From the NCBI GenBank assembly GCA_041397625.1, contig JAWKWH010000005.1:86271-150270 (forward strand): a DNA stretch of 64,000 nucleotides, written 5' to 3'. Of the stretch, positions 47,833-55,825 are shown one piece after another. Each line of letters opens with the position of its first letter. Positions within the stretch are counted from its first letter, which is position 1. The notes under the pieces were generated by a model. It was not told the DNA's origin and made no database searches. It saw only the letters and a program-made list of their open reading frames with translations. The translations under genes were made by a program, and so were the position numbers. Source of the stretch: Rhizobiaceae bacterium. GTDB taxonomy: Bacteria > Pseudomonadota > Alphaproteobacteria > Rhizobiales > Rhizobiaceae.

Positions 47833-48843
47833 CTATTCGGTGATCGCTGCGTATTCCTTCTCGTAGAGCTCGATCAACTTCGCACCCTCTTCGCCCGCCC
47901 GGTCGAGATAGGCTTGGCGGGTCGCCGGATACATGGTCTTGCGGAACGCCGCCTTTTCCTCGGCCGACAGTTCACGCACATCCAGGCCCGCCGCCTTTAT
48001 CTCCTCGAGCGAGGAGGCGACGGCGGCGCGCTTGTGAGCGATCAGCTCCGGAATGACCTCGGCAAATGCGTCGGTGATGACCGTCTGGTATTCCGGCGGC
48101 AGACTATCCCAGAATGCGGGATTGAACAGGATCACGTCTTCCATCGCGCCATGGCTGGAGACGACGAGGTATTTCTGAACTTCGTAGAACTTCATCGCCC
48201 TGATGGTGTCGAGCGGGTTCTCCTGGGCATCGACGACGCCGGTCTGCAGGGACGTGTAGAGTTCGCCGAACGGCAGCGCAATGGCCGAGGCGCCGAGCGA
48301 ATTGTACTGCTCGATCAGGATGTTGGAATCCATTACCCGGAACTTCTGGCCGGCAAAGGATTCGATATCGGTAAGTGGCTTGTTGGAAGTGAAACTCTTC
48401 TTTCCGTTCGGCCACAGCATCAGGCATTTCACGCCACGCGTGGCGAAGGAATCGCACAGAGCCTTGCCGAAGGCGCCGGTGCGCAGTTCCTGCGCTTCCG
48501 CGTCGTCGTCGGGAAGCAGGAACGGGATGTCGAGAATGGAGATCGCCGGATTGAAACCGCCCAGGAAGGCTGCGGGAGCCACGGTGGCTTCCAGCGTGCC
48601 GAGCTGAACGCCCTCTGTCATCTCGCGCTGCTGGCCCAACTGGCCCTGCGGGAATATCTGAAATTCGACGGCGCCGTTGGTCCGCTCGGCAACCAGCTTG
48701 GCCACTTTTTCCAGATGCACGTGGCGCGACTGCTGGGTCGATTCGAGATGGCCAATCTTGGCGACGAAATCCGCGGCCAATGCGCCCGATGCGCCGAATG
48801 CGAGAATGGCCGACAGGGTCAGGCTGCGAAGCAATTGTCTCAC
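47833..48843 (-). CDS. dctP: TRAP transporter periplasmic solute receptor (DctP family)
   Basis: ORF to 48852. GTG 48843 preferred because AAGGGAG sits directly on the first GTG. Signal peptide ending ALA-ADF. Carboxylate-binding Arg context GQKFRVMDS. Confidence 0.88.
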   Translation of the reverse strand: MRQLLRSLTLSAILAFGASGALAADFVAKIGHLESTQQSRHVHLEKVAKLVAERTNGAVEFQIFPQGQLGQQREMTEGVQLGTLEATVAPAAFLGGFNPAISILDIPFLLPDDDAEAQELRTGAFGKALCDSFATRGVKCLMLWPNGKKSFTSNKPLTDIESFAGQKFRVMDSNILIEQYNSLGASAIALPFGELYTSLQTGVVDAQENPLDTIRAMKFYEVQKYLVVSSHGAMEDVILFNPAFWDSLPPEYQTVITDAFAEVIPELIAHKRAAVASSLEEIKAAGLDVRELSAEEKAAFRKTMYPATRQAYLDRAGEEGAKLIELYEKEYAAITE

Positions 48844-48905
48844 GGGTTCCACCTCCCTTATGTTTCAGACTGCTGCGAAGCCAAGCCTATGGAACGGCAT
48901 ACCGG

Positions 48906-48917
48906 CTGTCAACAAAT
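48906..48917. promoter_or_regulatory. Degenerate operator-like site CTGTCAACAAAT
   Basis: 9-bp core TGTCAACAA shared with O1-O4. Lies in the dctP/XRE divergent promoter. A TTGACAAT half-site also occurs at 48989-48996. Confidence 0.3.
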
Positions 48918-48919
48918 AT

Positions 48920-48933
48920 TCTCAAAATTGAGA
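48920..48933. promoter_or_regulatory. 6-2-6 inverted repeat TCTCAA-AA-TTGAGA in an AT-rich divergent promoter
   Basis: Perfect arms. Located between dctP and the XRE regulator gene. Candidate operator. Confidence 0.35.
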
Positions 48934-49046
48934 CGTTTATATTTTTCGTCTATTTATTGATCTGTATGTGGATTGGTGATCCGGCCATTTGACAATCGGT
49001 GAAGACGGACCCGATAACATGGCTTCCTGACACCAAGGATAGGTCG

Positions 49047-49955
49047 ATGAGCGTATCGCAGGGGGACTCCATTCGGTTCGGGGATATCGGAGCCCGTTTG
49101 CGGGCCCATCGCCTCGGCAAGGAGTTCACACCCGACGAACTGGCAAGGAAGCTGGGAATTTCCCGCGCCGCGCTCTACAGGGCCGAAAAGGGCGAGATCC
49201 GCAAGATCGAAATGCTCACCAGCATCGCCGACGAGCTCGGGGTATCCCTTGCCAATCTCATGGGCGTCGGGGTCGAGTATGTCAGCACCGCGATCGGCTT
49301 CTTTGAAAGGATGCGGCAGCTCGAGGAGCAATGCCAGCAGATCATCGGCCTGTTCAGCCCGGTATCCTATCTCCTCACATCGGACAGCTACGACGCTGTC
49401 CTAAGGGAGGTGCTGCGCGAGTCGATTCCCGACGGCGTCGAACCGGACGGTACGTCGGTCAAAGCCGTCGACGCGCTGCTGGAGATTCTGCGCGCCCGCA
49501 AGAGAACGTTCGATCTGAAGCGGCCGCTGATCGTCAGCCTTATCGCGTCAGCCGATCTCGAACGGTTCCTGCTGCACGGGCTGATCGGTCGCCACGACCT
49601 GCCCGCCGGGATCATCGACGACCGGCGGATAAAGGCGCGCAGCGAGGCCGAATACATACTCTCCATGCTGCGCAGCCAGCCGATCGGCATCCAGATCGGC
49701 ATCGTTCGCGAACCGGTGCCGGCGACCAGCTTTCAGATCTTTCGGCAGGCGGACCGGTCAGTCCTGGCGATCAGCCCGTTCCGCCTGGGCGAACAGCCCA
49801 ATATCCGGTTGGGCGTGGCGCTGATAACATCGGCGCCAGAAGCGATGGATCTGCACGAGAGCATCGCTGAACGGCTATGGGGCGAGGCGCTGAAAGGCCC
49901 CGAAGCCGCCGCCTATCTGGAGGCCATGATCGACAAATATGCAATCAGCGCCTGA
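49047..49955 (+). CDS. XRE-family HTH regulator with a ~230-aa uncharacterised C-terminal domain
   Basis: ORF 48999..49955, ATG 49047 with AAGGATAGG upstream. HTH_3 motif (FTPDELARKLGISRAALYRAEKGE). Confidence 0.8.
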   Translation: MSVSQGDSIRFGDIGARLRAHRLGKEFTPDELARKLGISRAALYRAEKGEIRKIEMLTSIADELGVSLANLMGVGVEYVSTAIGFFERMRQLEEQCQQIIGLFSPVSYLLTSDSYDAVLREVLRESIPDGVEPDGTSVKAVDALLEILRARKRTFDLKRPLIVSLIASADLERFLLHGLIGRHDLPAGIIDDRRIKARSEAEYILSMLRSQPIGIQIGIVREPVPATSFQIFRQADRSVLAISPFRLGEQPNIRLGVALITSAPEAMDLHESIAERLWGEALKGPEAAAYLEAMIDKYAISA

Positions 49956-50005
49956 TCGGGGGCAAACCGCCTGCAAGCGGACTCATACCGATCTTGCGGC
50001 ACGGC

Positions 50006-50803
50006 TCAGGCGTCCGCGCCGGCGATCGTGGTGTAGGCATGCCAGGTACCGTGCCCGAGGATCGGAAAGATGACGATCAACCCCGCGAACCCTGTCAGCA
50101 GCGACAGCGCCAGACCGGCCGCCACGAGCATGCCCCAGGCGAGCATGGGCCGCAGGTTCTGGACGGTCATGGCGAAGCTTAGCCCCATCGCGGTCAGCGC
50201 ATCCGTTCTGCGCGACACCAGCATGGGAACGGAGAAGACGCTGATCGCAAAGGCAAAGGCCGCGAACAGCCCGCCCACCAGCGTACCTGTCGCGATAAGC
50301 GCCCAGCCCCGGGGCGTCGTGAACGCATTGATCAGGGCATCCGCCGCACCGGGAAACGGCGTCAGGCCAAAGAACAGCGCGTAGAGCAGATCCGCGGCCC
50401 TAAGCCAGAACAGGATGAGAAGGCCGAGCAAAAGCCCGGCATAGGCCAGTTGCGCCCCGGAAGCCGGCCGGAACGCCAGCATGTCGGCAAGCGCGACATG
50501 CTTGCCCGCCGATTGGCGGCGGCTTTTTTCATAGAGACCGATGGCCAGGAACGGCCCGACGATAAGGAAGCCCGAGACCGCCGGAAGCGCCAGATAGAGG
50601 AGTTGGCTCGCCTCAAGCGCCCACAGCACGGCGTAGGAGGCAAGGGTCAGGAACAGCCCGTAGGCGAGGCTGGACCAGGGCGCCGCCCACAGGTCGCGCC
50701 AACCGCCACGCAGCCAGCCGAACGCGGCCGATGCCGGCAGGTTGCGGGCGTGAGGCGATGCAGGGCGCTCGGGATTTCGAAGAGCGGGAAGCGGTTCCAG
50801 CAT
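50006..50803 (-). CDS. DUF2189-family integral membrane protein
   Basis: Five to six TM segments. N-terminal FGWLRGGWRDL motif typical of DUF2189. GAGGAAG RBS. Confidence 0.75.
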   Translation of the reverse strand: MLEPLPALRNPERPASPHARNLPASAAFGWLRGGWRDLWAAPWSSLAYGLFLTLASYAVLWALEASQLLYLALPAVSGFLIVGPFLAIGLYEKSRRQSAGKHVALADMLAFRPASGAQLAYAGLLLGLLILFWLRAADLLYALFFGLTPFPGAADALINAFTTPRGWALIATGTLVGGLFAAFAFAISVFSVPMLVSRRTDALTAMGLSFAMTVQNLRPMLAWGMLVAAGLALSLLTGFAGLIVIFPILGHGTWHAYTTIAGADA

Positions 50804-50815
50804 GGTATCTTCCTC

Positions 50816-50974
50816 TCAGCAGGCCCGCCTGGCAGGCGCGGCGTGCGCAAGCGCCACACATTCGGGTTGCGAACGAAGCGCCGCCGTCAGCAAATGCGCA
50901 TTGGCAGCCATTAACAAGATGGCGGCCAAGACGGCGCCGGCGACAGCCAGTCGTCCCTGCGCGCGCGGCGTCAT
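50816..50974 (-). CDS. 52-aa single-TM protein translationally coupled to ccoP
   Basis: ATG 50974 overlaps the ccoP stop (ATGA). One hydrophobic helix (LAVAGAVLAAILLMAANAHLL) and two C-terminal Cys. Stop is 12 nt before the DUF2189 start. Confidence 0.5.
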   Translation of the reverse strand: MTPRAQGRLAVAGAVLAAILLMAANAHLLTAALRSQPECVALAHAAPARRAC

Positions 50975-51846
50975 TGCGCCGACTGCCCGCCGCTTCGGCC
51001 GAGCCCGGCGACATAGAGCGCCAAGAGGTTGATTTCGGCGTCCGACAGACGGCCGATCCATGCCGGCATCACGCCATGGCGCCCGTGGCGAAGCGTTTTC
51101 AGCACCGTGCCGGGGTCCTGGCCGTAGATCACGGAAGCGTCTGCCAGCGACGGCGCGCCAACCTCAAGTCCACCCTGTCCCTTGTCGCCATGGCAGGCAG
51201 CGCAGTTGTCTGCGAAGAGGGCCGCCGCCGGGCTACCGTCATCGGCGGTCCCTGCCGGCAGGGCTGCGACATAGCCCGCCAGCGCGGCGCGGTCGGACCG
51301 CTCCATCCAGTCGAAGGCCGGCATCTCGGCGACACGCGCATCCGGGTCTTCGGTGTTGATCCCGTGGCGGATCGTCACGGCGATTTCCTCCGGCTCGCCG
51401 CTCCACAGCCACGTGTCGTCGGCGAGCACCGGAAAGCCCGGCCCACCCTGCCCTGACAGGCCGTGGCAGGCGGCACAATTGTCCTCGAACAGGCGGCGTC
51501 CGGCCGGAAGCGCCGTGGTCAGCAAAGCCGCGTCCGCTTGCAGCGCCGCGAAATCCCCGGCTGCGAAACGACCCAGCCATCCCTGCCGCCCCGATGCCAG
51601 ATCGCGATAGCCGTCGACCGCGAGATCTCCCTGGTCCAAACCCAGCAACCCGCGCGTATAGTCGCGCCCCACCGGCCATGCGGGCAGCAGAACCCATGCG
51701 ACGACGGAATAGAGGAAGGTCAGCACCAGCGCCCAGATCACCAGTTTCGGGAAGGGCGTGTTCAACTCTTTGATGCCGTTCCAGTCATGGCCGGTGGTGT
51801 CGTGGCCGGTGACCGGATCGATCTCGCGAACGTGGGGATCGGTCAT
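50971..51846 (-). CDS. ccoP: cbb3-type cytochrome c oxidase subunit P (dihaem c)
   Basis: ORF trimmed to ATG 51846 (ATGA overlap with ccoQ). N-terminal TM plus two CAACH haem-binding motifs. Confidence 0.9.
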   Translation of the reverse strand: MTDPHVREIDPVTGHDTTGHDWNGIKELNTPFPKLVIWALVLTFLYSVVAWVLLPAWPVGRDYTRGLLGLDQGDLAVDGYRDLASGRQGWLGRFAAGDFAALQADAALLTTALPAGRRLFEDNCAACHGLSGQGGPGFPVLADDTWLWSGEPEEIAVTIRHGINTEDPDARVAEMPAFDWMERSDRAALAGYVAALPAGTADDGSPAAALFADNCAACHGDKGQGGLEVGAPSLADASVIYGQDPGTVLKTLRHGRHGVMPAWIGRLSDAEINLLALYVAGLGRSGGQSAQ

Positions 51847-52004
51847 TCCACCTCCTCCGCATCTCGAAGGATCGAGCGGGCGGCGCTCTCGTGCGCCTCC
51901 CGGCGCGAGGGGCTGTAAGCGCGGATGACGACAATGACGAAGAACCCGACAAGCCAGATCAGCCCGACTGTCTTGGAAAGATAGACCAGTATTTCGTGCG
52001 TCAT
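51843..52004 (-). CDS. ccoQ: cbb3-type cytochrome c oxidase subunit Q
   Basis: 53-aa ORF not in the track (MTHEILVYLSKTVGLIWLVGFFVIVVIRAYSPSRR...). ATGA overlaps with both ccoO and ccoP. Confidence 0.8.
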   Translation of the reverse strand: MTHEILVYLSKTVGLIWLVGFFVIVVIRAYSPSRREAHESAARSILRDAEEVE

Positions 52005-52729
52005 TGGCCACCCTCCGCCAGAGCGTCGTATGGCGCCCTGGTCAGCGTGCCAAGCGACTGAAGATAGGCCACCAGCGCATCGAATTCGGTCAACCGCGAC
52101 GGATCGCCATCGAACGCACGCATCGCCGGCCGCTCGCCATAGCGTTCGCGGAACGCGTCGGCGCCGTCGTCGTCGGGACGGCTCTGGGCCAGCGCATCGG
52201 CTTGCGCCGACGCAATCATGGCATCGTCGTAGGGCACGCCCAGCCGGGCGAGGGCAGCAAGGGAATCCGGCAACAAATCGGTACCGAGCGAGCGCGTCAT
52301 CCAGGGATAGGACGGCATGATCGAGGCCGGCACCACGCTGCGCGGATCGGTCAGGTGCCGCACATGCCAGTCGTCGGAATACTTGCCGCCGAGCCGAGCC
52401 AGATCCGGGCCGGTTCGCTTCGAGCCCCAGAGCATCGGATGGTCGTAGGCCGACTCCCCGGCAAGCGAATAAGGCCCGTAGCGGTCGATCTCATCGGCAA
52501 GGCTGCGCACCATCTGACTATGGCAGGCATAGCAGCCCTCTCGGATATAGATCTCGCGCCCGGCCAGCTCCAGCGGTGTGTGCGGGCGCAAGTCGGCGGG
52601 TATCTCGACGGTTTCGTCGATGGTGAAAAGCGGCGCGATTTCGACCACGCCTCCGATGGAGGCCGCGACGATGATGGCCGCAACCAGCCCCATCGAGAGC
52701 TTTTCCAGATTGTAGTGCAGCCTCAGCAT
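52001..52729 (-). CDS. ccoO: cbb3-type cytochrome c oxidase subunit O (monohaem c)
   Basis: ORF trimmed to ATG 52729 (4 nt after the ccoN stop). CYACHS haem motif. Confidence 0.9.
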   Translation of the reverse strand: MLRLHYNLEKLSMGLVAAIIVAASIGGVVEIAPLFTIDETVEIPADLRPHTPLELAGREIYIREGCYACHSQMVRSLADEIDRYGPYSLAGESAYDHPMLWGSKRTGPDLARLGGKYSDDWHVRHLTDPRSVVPASIMPSYPWMTRSLGTDLLPDSLAALARLGVPYDDAMIASAQADALAQSRPDDDGADAFRERYGERPAMRAFDGDPSRLTEFDALVAYLQSLGTLTRAPYDALAEGGQ

Positions 52730-52733
52730 CGCA

Positions 52734-54359
52734 TCACTCCGCCGGCTGCGCGGCAAGCGGTCGGTCCGTGGCCTCGCCTCGGGCCGAACGCATCGTCGCG
52801 CGGCAATTCCAGGCGCAGATCACCGCCCCGGTGAGAAACAGCGCCCCGCCGATGGTGCGCAGCAGGTAATAGGGCGCCATCGCTTCCACCGACTGAAGGA
52901 AGCTGTAGGAGAGTGCGCCGTTCTCGTCGTATGTGCGCCACATCAGGCCCTGTGTGATGCCGGCGTTCCACATCGCCACGACGTAGATCAGCGTGCCGGA
53001 GACGGCGAGCCAGAAGTGCCATTCGACCGCACCGGGAGACACCATCGCCTCGCGCCTCGAAAGCTGCGGCACCAGCGTATAGATCGCACCGAAGACAATC
53101 ATCGCCACCCAGCCCAACGTGCCTGAATGCACATGCCCCACCGTCCAGTCGGTGTAGTGGCTGAGCGAGTTGACCGGGCGAATGGCGAGGAACGAACCCT
53201 CGAAAGTCGACAATCCGTAGAACACTGCCGCCACGAACATGAAACGCAATGTCGCGTCGTCGCGCACCTTGTGCCAGGCACCGTTGAGCGTCGCGATGGC
53301 GTTGCCGGCCGAAGCCCAGGACGGCACCAGCAACATCACCGAAAACGTCATGCCGAGCGTTTGCGCCCAGTAGGGCAGCGCGGTGTAGTGAAGGTGGTGC
53401 GACCCGACCCAGATGTAGAAGAAGGTGATGCCCCAGAAACTGACGATGGACAGCCGATAGGACCAGATCGGCCGTCCCGAGCGCACCGGCAGGAAGTAGT
53501 AGAGCATCCCCAGAAACCCGGCGGTCAGGAAGAAGGCGACGGCGTTGTGGCCGTACCACCATTGCACCATCGCATCCTGAACGCCCGACCAGACCGGAAA
53601 GCTTTCGGCCGAGGCCCATCGCACCGGCAGCGCCAGGTTGTTGACGATGTGCAGCATCGCCACGACCAGGATGAAGGCCAGATAGTACCAGTTGGCGACA
53701 TAGATATGCGGCTCGATCCGACGCGCCAGGGTACGGAGATAAAGGACGAGATAGGTTATCCAGACCACCACGAGCCACAGGTCGGCATACCACTCGGCCT
53801 CCGCATACTCCTTGGACTGGGTCGAGCCCATCAGATAGCCACTGACGGCCCAGATGCAGAACAGGTTGTAGCCCAGAAGCACGAACCACGGACTGACGGA
53901 ATCAGCCAACCGCGCCCGTGAGGTGCGTTGCAGGACATAGAACGAGGTGGCGATCAGGGCGTTGCCGCCGAAGCCGAAGATGATACCGGTCGTATGCACG
54001 GGACGCAGCCGACCGAAGCTGGTCGCCGGCCAAAGCGGCGTCGCCTCGGGCCAGTAGAGAAGTGCGGCCACCCAGACCCCGACGCCCATGCCGATCATCG
54101 CCCAGACCAGCGTTGCCGCAATGCCGAACCGGGTCGGCGCATCATAGTAGCGGCGCCGGTGGCCGGCTGGAGGCTCGGAATCGTAGATCGATCCGCCCAG
54201 GTGAAAGGCCAGGCCGACCCCGAGCGCGAGCGCCATGAAGCCGTGAACGGCCATAACGCCATGGCGCGCGCCTGCGGCCATGGTAAGCCCCATCATGGCC
54301 ACCAGGACCGACAGCAGCAGGCCGGTCCGGCGCTCGGCAACGGTAAGCGTGGCGGTCAT
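52734..54359 (-). CDS. ccoN: cbb3-type cytochrome c oxidase subunit N (catalytic)
   Basis: 541-aa haem-copper oxidase C-family subunit (WWYGHNAV, GSHHLHYT, WTVGHVHSG). Confidence 0.92.
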   Translation of the reverse strand: MTATLTVAERRTGLLLSVLVAMMGLTMAAGARHGVMAVHGFMALALGVGLAFHLGGSIYDSEPPAGHRRRYYDAPTRFGIAATLVWAMIGMGVGVWVAALLYWPEATPLWPATSFGRLRPVHTTGIIFGFGGNALIATSFYVLQRTSRARLADSVSPWFVLLGYNLFCIWAVSGYLMGSTQSKEYAEAEWYADLWLVVVWITYLVLYLRTLARRIEPHIYVANWYYLAFILVVAMLHIVNNLALPVRWASAESFPVWSGVQDAMVQWWYGHNAVAFFLTAGFLGMLYYFLPVRSGRPIWSYRLSIVSFWGITFFYIWVGSHHLHYTALPYWAQTLGMTFSVMLLVPSWASAGNAIATLNGAWHKVRDDATLRFMFVAAVFYGLSTFEGSFLAIRPVNSLSHYTDWTVGHVHSGTLGWVAMIVFGAIYTLVPQLSRREAMVSPGAVEWHFWLAVSGTLIYVVAMWNAGITQGLMWRTYDENGALSYSFLQSVEAMAPYYLLRTIGGALFLTGAVICAWNCRATMRSARGEATDRPLAAQPAE

Positions 54360-54378
54360 CTTCCCCTGCCCCTGTGCA

Positions 54379-54795
54379 TCATGCGGCCTCCTGCACCGGC
54401 AGGGCGATGTCGGCGAGCGTTGACTGGTTCAGGTCGTTGAGGAATTGCGCTTCGGCATGGCGCAGCCGCGCCTTGAGGCGGCAGCAACCCTCGATCGTGC
54501 AGTCGCTGCCACCGGACCTGAAACATTCGACCAGTGCTTGGCCCTGTTCGAGCAGGCGAACGACGTCGCCCAGCCGGATATCGGCGGGGTCCCTGCGCAA
54601 TACGGCCCCGCCGCTGCCGCCTCTCCGGGTCTCGACGATCCCGCCCCGGGCAAGCTGTTGCATGATCTTTGTCAGGTGATTGCGCGACAATTTGAACTCC
54701 TCGGCCAGATCGGCGGTCGAGAAGGCCTGTCGAGGCGCGCTGGCCATCCGCATCAGCATGCGAAGGCCATAATCGGTGAAGGACGTGAGACGCAT
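54379..54795 (-). CDS. nsrR: Rrf2-family NO-responsive regulator (NsrR-like)
   Basis: Rrf2 wHTH (MRLTSFTDYGLRMLM) and three-Cys cluster region VECF..GSDCTIEGCC. Stop is 19 nt before the ccoN start. Confidence 0.82.
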   Translation of the reverse strand: MRLTSFTDYGLRMLMRMASAPRQAFSTADLAEEFKLSRNHLTKIMQQLARGGIVETRRGGSGGAVLRRDPADIRLGDVVRLLEQGQALVECFRSGGSDCTIEGCCRLKARLRHAEAQFLNDLNQSTLADIALPVQEAA

Positions 54796-54814
54796 GTCGC
54801 TCCGCTGGCTTTAA

Positions 54815-54835
54815 ATCGGTATTTACAATACCTAT
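54815..54835. promoter_or_regulatory. 9-3-9 inverted repeat ATCGGTATT-TAC-AATACCTAT (candidate NsrR operator)
   Basis: 8/9 arm complementarity. AT-rich. Central in the 85-bp nsrR / truncated-haemoglobin divergent promoter. Confidence 0.45.
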
Positions 54836-54880
54836 TAACAGCTATAAGCCTTAATTCAAGTCCGAATATCGGAGACAGGC

Positions 54881-55324
54881 ATGCCGTCCATCGATTCTGT
54901 GATCGTTTCCGCGCGCCCGCAGATCACCGCGGAGATTATGGCGTCGACCGGGCTTGACGAGATGATTCTGACCGAACTCGTGCATCGCTTCTACGTCAAG
55001 GTGCGCCAGGATGCGGTTCTCGGCCCGATCTTCGCGCCCCGGATTTCGGACTGGGATGCGCATCTCGACCGTATGGTGGCTTTCTGGTCGTCCGTCGCGC
55101 TGATGACAGGCCGCTATCACGGTGCGCCGGTGCCTGCCCATACCGGCCTTCCGATACGGTGGGATCATTTCGAGCGCTGGCTTGAGCTGTTTGGCGAGAC
55201 CGCGTCCGAGACCTGCTCGCCGGAAGGCGCTGTGCATGTCGTCGAACGCGCCGAGCGGATCGCGCGCTCGCTGCATATGGCGGTCGAAGGCGCCAAGCAC
55301 TTGACCGCCGCGTCGCTGCCCTGA
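54881..55324 (+). CDS. Group III truncated haemoglobin
   Basis: 147 aa. trHb-III pattern (LVHRFYVKVRQDAVLGPIF, MVAFWSSVALMTGRYHGAP..H). Confidence 0.78.
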   Translation: MPSIDSVIVSARPQITAEIMASTGLDEMILTELVHRFYVKVRQDAVLGPIFAPRISDWDAHLDRMVAFWSSVALMTGRYHGAPVPAHTGLPIRWDHFERWLELFGETASETCSPEGAVHVVERAERIARSLHMAVEGAKHLTAASLP

Positions 55325-55339
55325 CTGGAGGATACCGAC

Positions 55340-55825
55340 ATGACGAGACCACCGCCCCCGCGGGACCCCGGCGACCTCACCCGATTTATCGAGACGCAGT
55401 ATCACGCGAAACACCGCGCTCAATTGCCTGCGCTGGCGGCACTGTCGGAAAAGGTCGAAACCGTCCATGCCGGACAGGCGGATGTCCCGGCGGGACTGGC
55501 CGAACTGCTGCGCACGATGATCGGCACATTGGAGGTCCACATGAAGAAAGAGGAACTGATCCTGTTCCCGGCCATTCGCAGGGCAGTGGTGGGGCTGGAC
55601 GCGCCGATCGCGGCAATGCGCGCCGACCACGACGATCACGAGGCGGAGGTCCGGCGCATCATGCAACTGACCGACGATCTGACATTGCCCGAAGGCGCCT
55701 GCCGAAGCTGGACGCGTCTCTATGCGGAAGTCGGGGAATTCCTTGACGATCTCAAGGAACATATCCGGCTCGAGAACGATATCCTGTTTCCACAGTTCGA
55801 GGCGCGGGGAGCGCAGAATGTCTGA
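55340..55825 (+). CDS. Hemerythrin-domain di-iron protein (DnrN/NorA/YtfE-like)
   Basis: Hemerythrin HHE-type repeats (YHAKHR...H.KKEE..LFP, DHDDHE, H..LEN..LFP). Confidence 0.8.
   Translation: MTRPPPPRDPGDLTRFIETQYHAKHRAQLPALAALSEKVETVHAGQADVPAGLAELLRTMIGTLEVHMKKEELILFPAIRRAVVGLDAPIAAMRADHDDHEAEVRRIMQLTDDLTLPEGACRSWTRLYAEVGEFLDDLKEHIRLENDILFPQFEARGAQNV

Noticed and set aside
54360-54378. FNR/FixK anaerobox upstream of ccoN
   Set aside because: The 19-nt gap holds no TTGAT-N4-ATCAA-like sequence. An ATTGCGCGACAAT-like string inside nsrR has the wrong spacing.
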